In this document: piece by piece, positions 27,365 to 37,023 of the stretch
Numbering within the stretch: the first letter of the stretch is position 1
Layout: each line of letters begins with the position of its first letter
NCBI GenBank assembly: GCA_045580815.1
Contig: JAZNOL010000115.1
Span: 1 to 55,132 of the forward strand
Source: Clostridia bacterium
GTDB lineage: Bacteria; Bacillota; Clostridia; RUG12999
Direction: 5' to 3'
DNA: 55,132 nucleotides
Notes under the pieces: generated by a model
Database searches by the model: none
The model's input: only the letters and a program-made list of their open reading frames with translations
Told to the model about the DNA's origin: nothing
Translations under genes and position numbers: made by a program

Positions 27365-30300
27365 ATGCGCAGAGTAATATCGCTTTTGCTGATATTAATA
27401 TGTTTTGCCATACCGGCAAATGCAGAAACATTGCAGGCGACGGTATGGCTGGACAGTAATCCGTCTTCTGTGAATTTCAATGAAAGCTATTACAGCTATC
27501 AGGCGTTGCAAAACGATATTTTCGGCACGGTTTACTCCTTTGAATCAAAACAGGCGGCAAACAATCAGATGATTGATTTTGCCACCAATTACAAAGTGAA
27601 CAGCACAGAGGGCGGCGGCTATCTCTATTTGAGTTTTTATTACAAAGGCTACGGAAAATTTACAAACTACCTTGGAAACGAGGTTACGGGAAGCTCCTGC
27701 ATGATTTATCCACAGTTCAGATTTGCTCATGCTTTGCAGGATGTGTATATGAACGGAAGCAAAGCATTTAAAACGGATTTAAGCGGTTCATGGATAAAAA
27801 AATCCGTTATAATGAAAATAAGCGCCTCAACCCTGGATAAAGCAACCGTAAATTTAAGATTTAAAATAAATCTTTTGGAAAATTTTAAAGTAGATATAGC
27901 CGCACCCACTCTTATACATTTCCCTGAAACTGCAACAGAAACGCAGATTACGGAATATTTAAAAGAAAACGGATATTATTACAACAAAATTCTTCAAAGT
28001 GAAGAGGAGTACAGCAAATATGGCATAGAGCTAACGGGCGAATATTACAACAATCGCAAAACTCTGTGGAATGCCGGCACAACAGGCGACGGAGTGGTGA
28101 AAGAACACACTCTGCGCAATTGGCTTAACGAAATGCTTCCCGAAATTAGGGTAAGCAGAATTTTAAACGGGAACTATGCTTTTGTTGAGGGCAGCTGCAA
28201 TTATTGGAACAAAACAGAAAGAGCAGTTATGTCTGCCCCGGCAATAAAAAATAAAAACGGCGGCTACTCAATTCCCGGCAGTATTGCAAATTTACTTTTT
28301 AAAACAGAAAATACAGATTCTTATGTTGATATAGATGATATAGAAAACATCAATGTTTTTACCGACCACAGGGGATTTATCCTCCTCAGCCATAATCCGA
28401 CAGAGGATGTGGTTGATACATCAGTAAATGAAAATGGATATTATAACTCCGCATTTGATATATCCGATTGTATCGGAACGGTTACATGGGACGATATTTC
28501 TCCAAAAGACAGCGATTATGAAAGATTTCGTTCTTCTTGGTTTGAGGATTTAACTTATCCGAAAAATTGCGAGACGGAATTTTCAGGTTTTATATCCGAT
28601 GCAATTTTGGCGGCAAACAGCTATCTTGCTCTGTATGCCGATGCAGACGGGGCACTTAGTCCTTTTACGGATATTGAAATTCCCGATGCCGGCAGTACGC
28701 AGGACAATTATATTGCACTTGAAACAGTTTACTCGCGGCTTCGTGCAATGGCAATAGGTTATAAAATAGCAACTGTAACAAATAATACCACGGTTGACAC
28801 GCAAAGGCTTAAAAACGCCGTACTTGGCGGGCTGGAGCTTATGCATACAAAATATTATTCCAACAATGCTTACAGAATTGACGGCAGTCCCAGGTTTACA
28901 AGCTTTAAATTCAAACTGCCCGAGGCAGTGTCGGATATTTTGCTTTGTATGTATGATGATATGGATGAAACAACTCTTAAAAAATATGCTCACGAAGCTA
29001 TGGGAAGAAGCATTTTGCCAACTGTTTCCCAGGGAAAAACGGAATGGACAGACTATACAAACCGTCTTTGGGCAACGGTTCCGTATATAAAACTTGCTGT
29101 TTTGATTAAAGACGAAGCAAGAATAAATCACGGTTACAGATATTTGTCACAAGTTTTTGATGATGCTTCAAGAAGCAGTGCAAATCCTACGGGGTTAAGC
29201 GGATTTTATGAAGACGGTTCATTTGTTTTTCATAACAATTTTGCATATAACTTAGGTTACGGAAAATCTTATATCGCTTCTGTTGCCGAGTTTTCAAATA
29301 CCACGGCAGGAACGGTTTTTGACGTTTCAAAAGTTCACGGCTATGACAGAATGTATGACCGCATTATAAATTCATATCTGCCTTTTATATATGATTTTAA
29401 AAATATGAAGTTTGTAACAGGCAGAGAAAATGCATATTCAAATGCGAGAACAACGGTTGCATCATGTATGCTGATTGCAGAAAATGCTCCCGAAGATAAG
29501 CAAAGAGAAATTGCATCGCTTATAAAAAACTGCATTGAAAGCGGTAATCTGGCAAAAGAATATCTTACCAAAAAAACAAGATTTGATACATTTACATATC
29601 TTGCATATCCGACAATCACAAAGAAAACAACAGAATATATAAACAGTCTTGAAACTGTTGAAAGTAAAACAGAAAATTCATTTAACAAAATATATTACAA
29701 TATGGACAGGGCACTTCACAAAACAGAAAAATTCACTTTTGCACTGGCAATGTCCTCGTCCAGAATCCAGAAATACGAATCATCGTCAACCAAGCCAAAC
29801 AGCCTTACGCAGTGGTATACGGGCGATGGTATGACCTATATTCACAATGACAATACGCAGTATATGTCATCATGGTTTGAAAGTGCCAATCCCTATTATA
29901 TGCCGGGAACAACGGTGGACTCTTCCGTAAGAAGCACAGAGCAGACCTTTAATCTTCCGGCAGACGAGTGGGGACTTCCCGAAAACGATTTTGCAGGCGG
30001 TGTTTCAAACGGGACCGTCGGCGTTGCAGGAATGGAGCTTGGCAACAAGTGGGTTTCCGGGCTTGCAGGAAGAAAATCCTATTTTATGCTGGATGACGAA
30101 ATTGTGTGCATGGGCACAGGTATAACAGGCGGATACGGCAACGTATATACGGTGGTTGACAACAGAAAGCTTGACGGCTCTGAGGATATTTTTGTAAACG
30201 GCACTTTATTTGGCGGCGAAAATACGGAGCTTGAAAATCCGCAGTCTGTATGGCTGGAGGGAAATATTGGCTATGTACTTGACGGCAATGACTGTGTTAT

Positions 30301-31000
30301 AATAAAACGTGAGGAATATAAAACAGGACAACCTCATTTTGTTGTGAGCATCAATCACAAAGCTAATCCGGAAAACGGGGGATATTTATACACACTGCTT
30401 CCCGGTGCAAGCCATGCTGAAACACAAAAATTTGCACAAAATCCGACATTTGAGGTGTTAAGCCGGACAAACTCACTTCATGCAATTTTGAGAAAATCCG
30501 ACGGGTTAATAATGGCAAATGTGTTTGAGCCGTGCGCACTTTACGGCTTTGAGTTTAAATCGCCGTGTTCGGTGCTTATTGACGGAGATATGATGTATAT
30601 TTCCGACCCGACAATGAAACAAAACGAAATAGCTTTGAATTATTCAAAAGAAATTAAAATTGATGTAAGTGCTGTAAAAGGGGCAACTTACACATATAAA
30701 CTGCCACCGGTTAATGTTTACAATTGTGATATTACAAATGACGGAACAAACTATATCGGCAGCTGTAATGCCGATAATAACACAAAATCTTTGCAGAATA
30801 TCAGCGTTTATCTGGCGGCTTATAACGGAGAAAAACTTGTGGAATGTGCCGTGGGCGGCGGCGCACTTGGCAGTTGTGCTTCCGGGGCAGAGCTTTTTGC
30901 AAAGCTACCCTGTCCCAAAGAAGAATTTTCACATATTAAAATGTATATATGGCAGAGCTTATTGCCATTAACAACAGCAAAAGAATATAAAGGAAATTAA
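27365..31000 (+). CDS. Secreted polysaccharide lyase family 8 (hyaluronan/chondroitin/xanthan lyase fold) with N-terminal CBM-like and C-terminal accessory modules
   Basis: Signal peptide. GFYEDGSFVFHNNFAYNLGYG (catalytic H and Y nine residues apart), TNR, GRE, MDRALH, WYTGDGMTY, MPGTT, KSYFMLDDEIVCMG. Confidence 0.88.
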   Translation: MRRVISLLLILICFAIPANAETLQATVWLDSNPSSVNFNESYYSYQALQNDIFGTVYSFESKQAANNQMIDFATNYKVNSTEGGGYLYLSFYYKGYGKFTNYLGNEVTGSSCMIYPQFRFAHALQDVYMNGSKAFKTDLSGSWIKKSVIMKISASTLDKATVNLRFKINLLENFKVDIAAPTLIHFPETATETQITEYLKENGYYYNKILQSEEEYSKYGIELTGEYYNNRKTLWNAGTTGDGVVKEHTLRNWLNEMLPEIRVSRILNGNYAFVEGSCNYWNKTERAVMSAPAIKNKNGGYSIPGSIANLLFKTENTDSYVDIDDIENINVFTDHRGFILLSHNPTEDVVDTSVNENGYYNSAFDISDCIGTVTWDDISPKDSDYERFRSSWFEDLTYPKNCETEFSGFISDAILAANSYLALYADADGALSPFTDIEIPDAGSTQDNYIALETVYSRLRAMAIGYKIATVTNNTTVDTQRLKNAVLGGLELMHTKYYSNNAYRIDGSPRFTSFKFKLPEAVSDILLCMYDDMDETTLKKYAHEAMGRSILPTVSQGKTEWTDYTNRLWATVPYIKLAVLIKDEARINHGYRYLSQVFDDASRSSANPTGLSGFYEDGSFVFHNNFAYNLGYGKSYIASVAEFSNTTAGTVFDVSKVHGYDRMYDRIINSYLPFIYDFKNMKFVTGRENAYSNARTTVASCMLIAENAPEDKQREIASLIKNCIESGNLAKEYLTKKTRFDTFTYLAYPTITKKTTEYINSLETVESKTENSFNKIYYNMDRALHKTEKFTFALAMSSSRIQKYESSSTKPNSLTQWYTGDGMTYIHNDNTQYMSSWFESANPYYMPGTTVDSSVRSTEQTFNLPADEWGLPENDFAGGVSNGTVGVAGMELGNKWVSGLAGRKSYFMLDDEIVCMGTGITGGYGNVYTVVDNRKLDGSEDIFVNGTLFGGENTELENPQSVWLEGNIGYVLDGNDCVIIKREEYKTGQPHFVVSINHKANPENGGYLYTLLPGASHAETQKFAQNPTFEVLSRTNSLHAILRKSDGLIMANVFEPCALYGFEFKSPCSVLIDGDMMYISDPTMKQNEIALNYSKEIKIDVSAVKGATYTYKLPPVNVYNCDITNDGTNYIGSCNADNNTKSLQNISVYLAAYNGEKLVECAVGGGALGSCASGAELFAKLPCPKEEFSHIKMYIWQSLLPLTTAKEYKGN

Positions 31001-31014
31001 AGTGGAGGGTAATC

Positions 31015-32178
31015 ATGAAAAAATTATCAATTTTATTAATGGCGGCAATTTTGTTAAGCACTCTGTGCGGACTGATGACAGTAAGTGCGTCAATTCCCGC
31101 AGGCGGTGGCAAGGGTGAGGCTTTGGCTTTTAGTGCACTTAAAAAAGCAACTCCAAGCTCGAACGTTACTATTTCGGAAGAACAGGACGACACCTTTGGC
31201 AAGGTTTATCAATATGCATATGACGGCTTGCTTACAAACACAAACCTGCAATTTTTGCTGACTTTTAAGGGCACAGAGAAAGCAGAAGCCGGCTCATACT
31301 ATTATTTTTCTTTTTATATCAGATTTATAGATGATGATACCTATGATTTGCCTAATTCTTTTGTCAGACGACCCAATGTAAACAATAACTCGGGTCAGTC
31401 GGGTCTTGGCACTCCGCCTTCCGAGTGGAAAAAATTAAGCTTTGTTACAACCAACACATCAGAGATTGCGGAAAATGCAGAAATCCAGATGCGTCTTATT
31501 CCGTTTATGACGGCAGGAACAAAGGTGTGCGTCCAGATTGCAGAGCCCGGATGTGTATATTACGGCAAAGTTACCGCGGACGGCGAGCTTTCTCCCGAGC
31601 AGGTGATTGAAGCCACACTTGGCAAATCGGAAATTCAGACAATTTATATAGATGGTGAGGCTGTTTCGACGGAAGAATTCCCCGATGAATATTTTGCGGA
31701 AATTCTTTGGGAAACAACCGACCTGCCCGAAATCACAGCAGACACATATATTAAAGGTATGTATGATGTTACATGCGATTCGGATACGCTTCCTGCACAG
31801 TATACAGTAACGTCATATGCTCTTAACTATGACAAACTGACACAAACCGGCGGCAAAACCGAGTATAAGGTTAATGTTGACTATAAAAAAGCATGGGCAC
31901 AAATTGATGTAAGCAGTGCACCAAAACCGTATGATTATACAGTTGCGGCAGGTGACATCATTGATGTAACATACGAGCTTTATAATTATGACGAATCAAC
32001 CGCACCCTGTAAAGTTGTATTGCTGTTTAAAGACGGAAACATGTTTAAAGAAGTAATCACATGGGACACAGCAGCATCCAATGATATCGTATCGTACACC
32101 GTTACTGACGAAAATCTTGTAGGATGTAGCGTTACTGCATATATCATTTCTCCCGATAATATGACAATTATTAACTAA
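31015..32178 (+). CDS. Secreted protein: one CBM-like module, a cadherin-like spacer and a C-terminal module (paralog of the 837-aa protein)
   Basis: Signal peptide (..TVSA). SIPAGGGKGEALAFS, SFYIRFIDDDTYDLP..VRR and EPGCVYYG align by eye with the repeats of 24815-27328. Confidence 0.75.
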   Translation: MKKLSILLMAAILLSTLCGLMTVSASIPAGGGKGEALAFSALKKATPSSNVTISEEQDDTFGKVYQYAYDGLLTNTNLQFLLTFKGTEKAEAGSYYYFSFYIRFIDDDTYDLPNSFVRRPNVNNNSGQSGLGTPPSEWKKLSFVTTNTSEIAENAEIQMRLIPFMTAGTKVCVQIAEPGCVYYGKVTADGELSPEQVIEATLGKSEIQTIYIDGEAVSTEEFPDEYFAEILWETTDLPEITADTYIKGMYDVTCDSDTLPAQYTVTSYALNYDKLTQTGGKTEYKVNVDYKKAWAQIDVSSAPKPYDYTVAAGDIIDVTYELYNYDESTAPCKVVLLFKDGNMFKEVITWDTAASNDIVSYTVTDENLVGCSVTAYIISPDNMTIIN

Positions 32179-32191
32179 GTGAGGTGTTAGT

Positions 32192-35100
32192 GTGGAGAAA
32201 AAATTTTTAAAATTTATTTCACTGATGTTGACGGTCGCAATGCTTGGTACTTACGGTGTGTATGCCGAACAAAGTGTTGATGATACAGAAAACTTAGAAG
32301 AAATAGAAAAAGAAGAATTTGTGATTCCTGAACATTTAAAATTCTGGATAACAGGTGAAACCTATAAAAACGATGCGCGTTTTTATCATTCGGAGCGTAC
32401 AAGCGAGGGTCTTATGACCGCCGAAAAAATGGCTGAGGTGCTTCAGCAGTCTTTGCCGGAAATTAATGTAGAGCGCGTGCTTAAAGACAATTATGCTTTC
32501 GTCAATAACAGTAAAAAATTCTGGAATCTTGACCAGAAAGGCGTTATGAAGCTGCCGGCTCTCATGAACGAAAAAGGCAAATTTTCTATTCCGTCAGAAA
32601 CGGCATCACAGCTTTTCGGAATTAAAACTACCGGTGAATATATATCTGCCGAAACAATTGCAGAAAACACCGAGTATGATATGTTTACAGACATTCGCGG
32701 GTTTGTTCTTTTCAGCAAAAATGTGTCTGCGGCAGTAAAAACAAATCCTATAAGCAAAAACGGTATTACTTATTACAGCGATGCATTTGTAATATCCGAA
32801 TGTATCGGTGCAATAACATGGGACGACATAAATCCCACAAAAGAGGATTATGCAGCATATAAAAAACGCTGGCTTGAAGCCCTTACATATCCTGAGGGAA
32901 CGCAGGAAAAATATCAGGAATATATTGACGGATTAATCAAGCTTGCGGGCGAAACAATGGCTGATATAAACCGTGACAGCGATATTGAACCCTTTTACAG
33001 TATTCCTATCCCGGATTTTACTGCCACTCAGGTAAATCAGGCGGCAGTTGAATCGTGCTACACCAAGGTGTTCAATCTTGCGCAGGGTTATCGCCTTGCA
33101 AAAATGACCGGCGATACTTCTCTTGATTTGGAACAATTAAAAACCGATATTCTAAACATTCTTGAACTGCTTTATGATAAGTATTACACCAACAACTGTT
33201 ACAGAATAAACGGTACACCACGTTTTACAACCTTCCGCTTCCAGACTCCTCCCACATTCGCCAATATAATAATGCTTATGTATGATGAGCTTGGTGAAGA
33301 AAAACGAACAAAATACGCATACGAAATGTTGGGGAAACAGCTTCATTCTCCGTTTATATCACTTGAAGACGGAGGATACGGCTATTACGATATAGCAAAC
33401 CTTATGTGGTCGGCAAATGGATTTTTCAATATTGCAATTATTTTAGAGGACACGGTAAGAGTAAATCATTGTTTAAGATACCTTAACAATGTTTTTGAAT
33501 TTATGAAAAGGGGAGAGAAAAATCCGCTTCCCGGTGACGGCTGGTATGAGGACGGCTCGTTCCCTTATCACGGCGGCGTTCCTTACAATCTGGGCTACGG
33601 ACATTCCTTTGCAATAACGCTTGCCGATATGGCACTTCTTACAAGAGATACAATTTTTGATATAAGAAATATTTACGGATTTGAAAGAACATACACACTT
33701 CAAACTGAGGCGTGGATACCTTTTATACATAACAACACACGTCTGAAACTGATTCAGGGACGTGAATCTCCCGACCTTACCGCAAGATATTTTCTTGTGG
33801 CAATGATGATTCTTGCAGACGGTGCCCCGGAAAGTGAAAAATACGAGGTTACATACAATCTGAAACCTAAGGTTGAGAATTATTATGATGTATTGTTCAA
33901 GAAAGCGCGTCTGCCTATATTCAAACACGCAATGACACCGTATATTCTTGAAAGTCTCGCAGATTACAGGGGATATATTGAAAACATCGAAACAAAAAGT
34001 GAAGGAAACTACAACAAGGTTTATTACAATATTGACCGAGTTATGCACAAAACCGACAACTTTATTATAGGACTTTCCATGTCTTCGGAAAGAATAAGAA
34101 AATACGAGGCTCTTGCCACAAATGCGGCAAGTTTGCAGCAATGGTACATCGGCGACGGAATGGTATATATTCTTGCAGGCGAAGACCAGTATTCCGGCAA
34201 GTGGTGGACAAATGCCGACCCATATTATATGCCCGGCACAACAGTAGACTCAACCGAGCGTGAGCTCATACCCACAAATGATATGCCTATGCCTGAAAAC
34301 ACATGGTCAGGCGGTGTGACAAACGGAAAAGTCGGCGTAGCAGGAATGATTCTGGGTAATGCAGCAGTTTCGGGACTTCAGGGAACAAAATCGTACTTTA
34401 TGCTTGATGATGAGGTTGTTTTTGTCGGCTCCGGAATAGGAGGCGGCTTCGGTAACAGATACACAGTAGTTGACAACTATATGCTCGCTGATGAAAAAAT
34501 TTATGTTGACGGAAACGAAGTAAGCCTTGAAACAAACAAAGAAACCACTTACGAAAACCCGAAATACTGTTTTGTTGAAAACGGAAACGGATATGTATTC
34601 ATCGGCGACAATAATGTTACTTTAAATAAGAAAGAATATATTGAAGACAAGCCTTATCTTATAACCACAACAAATCATAATGAGGGACAAAACCGCGGAT
34701 ATACATACGTTATTCTGCCTGTAACAAATTCAGAAAAAGTAAAAGCATATTCCGAAAATCCTGATGTGGAAATTATTGCAAACGACAGTACAATGCACGC
34801 AATAAAAGATAAAACAACAGGCATTATAATGGCTAATATTTTCCAGCCGTCAGAATTGGAGGGCTTTGTGTTTGAAACCCCGTGCTGTGCAATTATAGAA
34901 CCGAAAGGAACCGGAAAAACACTGTATGTTTCTGATCCTACATTTAAAAAAGAAAAAATCACGGTAACATTGCCGGAGGGTGAAAAGCTTGAAAATAATG
35001 AGTTTTGCACCGCTGACGGAAACAAGGTAACTGTGGATATTACTGCAACAATCGGAAGAACCTATTCCTTTGCAGTATCGGGACAGGGGAGCGGGGAAAC

Positions 35101-35368
35101 CGCCCAATCGGCTGTCAAAACCTATAATTACAACCTGATATGCAGCGGAAAGACAGTGACAACAAAGCTGTATACAGCAAGCGGAAATTCCGGATTTAAC
35201 AGTTACCGGGTTGCCACTGCCCCGAAATACGGACTGGCAAATATAACAGGAGATACCCTGATTTATACCTCACTTTCTCCTGTGGTGACTGAAGATGAAT
35301 TTGAGATTGAAGTCAGCGACGGCACAGGTAATAGTGCAAAATTCAGTGTTAAGGTGAAAGGAAAATAA
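32192..35368 (+). CDS. Second secreted PL8 lyase with C-terminal Ig/cadherin-like domain
   Basis: Signal peptide. GWYEDGSFPYHGGVPYNLGYG, GRE, IDRVMH, WYIGDGM, MPGTTVD, KSYFMLDDEVV. C-terminal PKYG...LIYT...DEFEIEVSDG. Confidence 0.88.
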   Translation: MEKKFLKFISLMLTVAMLGTYGVYAEQSVDDTENLEEIEKEEFVIPEHLKFWITGETYKNDARFYHSERTSEGLMTAEKMAEVLQQSLPEINVERVLKDNYAFVNNSKKFWNLDQKGVMKLPALMNEKGKFSIPSETASQLFGIKTTGEYISAETIAENTEYDMFTDIRGFVLFSKNVSAAVKTNPISKNGITYYSDAFVISECIGAITWDDINPTKEDYAAYKKRWLEALTYPEGTQEKYQEYIDGLIKLAGETMADINRDSDIEPFYSIPIPDFTATQVNQAAVESCYTKVFNLAQGYRLAKMTGDTSLDLEQLKTDILNILELLYDKYYTNNCYRINGTPRFTTFRFQTPPTFANIIMLMYDELGEEKRTKYAYEMLGKQLHSPFISLEDGGYGYYDIANLMWSANGFFNIAIILEDTVRVNHCLRYLNNVFEFMKRGEKNPLPGDGWYEDGSFPYHGGVPYNLGYGHSFAITLADMALLTRDTIFDIRNIYGFERTYTLQTEAWIPFIHNNTRLKLIQGRESPDLTARYFLVAMMILADGAPESEKYEVTYNLKPKVENYYDVLFKKARLPIFKHAMTPYILESLADYRGYIENIETKSEGNYNKVYYNIDRVMHKTDNFIIGLSMSSERIRKYEALATNAASLQQWYIGDGMVYILAGEDQYSGKWWTNADPYYMPGTTVDSTERELIPTNDMPMPENTWSGGVTNGKVGVAGMILGNAAVSGLQGTKSYFMLDDEVVFVGSGIGGGFGNRYTVVDNYMLADEKIYVDGNEVSLETNKETTYENPKYCFVENGNGYVFIGDNNVTLNKKEYIEDKPYLITTTNHNEGQNRGYTYVILPVTNSEKVKAYSENPDVEIIANDSTMHAIKDKTTGIIMANIFQPSELEGFVFETPCCAIIEPKGTGKTLYVSDPTFKKEKITVTLPEGEKLENNEFCTADGNKVTVDITATIGRTYSFAVSGQGSGETAQSAVKTYNYNLICSGKTVTTKLYTASGNSGFNSYRVATAPKYGLANITGDTLIYTSLSPVVTEDEFEIEVSDGTGNSAKFSVKVKGK

Positions 35369-35370
35369 AA

Positions 35371-37023
35371 ATGAAAAAACTTATATCAGTAATGCTTGTT
35401 ACTCTGCTTATATTGTTTTCAATAACAGTTTCGGCAGATTCTGTTGCAGGAAGTACAACAGTAGATGTAAACTATTCTGTAACTGTTGAAAATACGGTAA
35501 CAATAAGCGGAACAGCCGTAAATATACCAAAAAATGCTCAGCTTACAGTTTCTGTGTTCCACAAAGACAAAACAGTAACTGACCTTCCGGGGACAGGTGC
35601 TTCGGCAATTACTGCAATGGCGGCACTTGAAAAAGTTTCTCTTGATGAAAGCTTAAGCTGGTCCTTTGACTGGCAACCGACTGCAAGCGGAGATTATGAT
35701 ATTTATGTATCATCAAAGTTTTTTGAAAAACCGGTAAAAAACACCTGCTATCTTGCAGCAAACCGCAGTACAGTTGTGAATACAATTGTAACCGGTGATG
35801 AAGCTGAACTTTCCGAGCTGTTTTCAGATGATGACAACATAAAGGCGGTTATTATCGACGGTTCTTTATACGAAAATATTGAAGATACATCAAAAATCGG
35901 CATTATTCTTAATACACTCAAACAGGAGTTTGAAACTGAAGCGGAAATTCTCAGCCTGTTGCCTGTTGCGTGCAGCCTTGCTGCTTTAAGTGAGACTCCC
36001 GGACATAAACTTATGGATGAAATTGTATCAGAATTAGAGACACTCGGATGCGGTTTTACAGAATCAGAATTATACGGTGATTCTTCCGAGGCTGTAAAAG
36101 ACGAAGTTGCGGCTAAACTGGCAGACAAGGTAAATAATAAAATTTCAGACCTTGATCCTGTTTTCACCGAAGCTCTTATATTAAGCGGCGTTGAAAAAAG
36201 CACAAACTATGTGACGGTTATTGATTATCTTGAATTGCTCAGCGACAGAACATTTGAAAAGGATAAAACAGCTGCGGCTGAAGCTGTGGTAGGAAACGAA
36301 TATACCATGGAGCAGTTGCTTGATGCTATCAAAGAGGCTGTTGAGCCGGAAGATGATTATTCCGACGGACCGTCCTTCTCCGGCGGAGGCGGCGGTGGTG
36401 GCGGAGGCGGAGGCTTCGTTGCCATGTCGGGAAACATTGTTACTCCTGTTATAAAAGAGGAAGAAGCAAAAAAAGACCTCGTTACCTTTACTGATGTTCC
36501 GGGAACTCACTGGGCGTTTGATGCTATTAACAATCTCAGATGGAAAGATATAGTAAGCGGAAACGAAAAAGGCGAATTTTTGCCCGACAACAATATAACC
36601 AGAGCAGAAATTGTTAAAATGGTTTGCGAGCTGTATGACATTACCGGTTCAGGCAATGCATCATATGATGATGTGAGCGAAAACCATTGGGCGTTCAGAT
36701 ACATTTCTGCGGCAACAGCAAATAATATTGTTATGGGCGACGGGGCATGCTTTAATCCCGATCAGTTTATTTCAAGACAGGATCTTGCAACAATAATTTA
36801 CCGTGTTACACAGAAATACGGCAAGAGCTACGAAGACGGCACGGTTGATTTCGGTGACAGCAATGCTATTGCAGACTATGCCGCCGAAGCAGTGGGCAAG
36901 CTGTATGTGGCAGGAATAATCAAAGGCAAAACAAACGGCTTGTTTGAACCCGCAGCACTTTCCACAAGAGCAGAAGCGGCAACAATCATATACCGGTTGC
37001 AAAGTGAAATGGGGGTAGAATAA
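35371..37023 (+). CDS. Secreted protein with Ig-like N-domain, poly-Gly linker and three C-terminal SLH domains
   Basis: Signal peptide, VTISG, G11 tract, FTDVPGTHWA..TRAE, YDDVSENHWA..SRQD, FGD..IADYA..TRAE. Confidence 0.88.
   Translation: MKKLISVMLVTLLILFSITVSADSVAGSTTVDVNYSVTVENTVTISGTAVNIPKNAQLTVSVFHKDKTVTDLPGTGASAITAMAALEKVSLDESLSWSFDWQPTASGDYDIYVSSKFFEKPVKNTCYLAANRSTVVNTIVTGDEAELSELFSDDDNIKAVIIDGSLYENIEDTSKIGIILNTLKQEFETEAEILSLLPVACSLAALSETPGHKLMDEIVSELETLGCGFTESELYGDSSEAVKDEVAAKLADKVNNKISDLDPVFTEALILSGVEKSTNYVTVIDYLELLSDRTFEKDKTAAAEAVVGNEYTMEQLLDAIKEAVEPEDDYSDGPSFSGGGGGGGGGGGFVAMSGNIVTPVIKEEEAKKDLVTFTDVPGTHWAFDAINNLRWKDIVSGNEKGEFLPDNNITRAEIVKMVCELYDITGSGNASYDDVSENHWAFRYISAATANNIVMGDGACFNPDQFISRQDLATIIYRVTQKYGKSYEDGTVDFGDSNAIADYAAEAVGKLYVAGIIKGKTNGLFEPAALSTRAEAATIIYRLQSEMGVE

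Noticed and set aside
36381-36415. Poly-Gly GGN tracts (also 8931-8950) as phase-variation repeats
   Set aside because: Mixed GGC/GGT/GGA codons in frame. These are ordinary linkers in SLH proteins.
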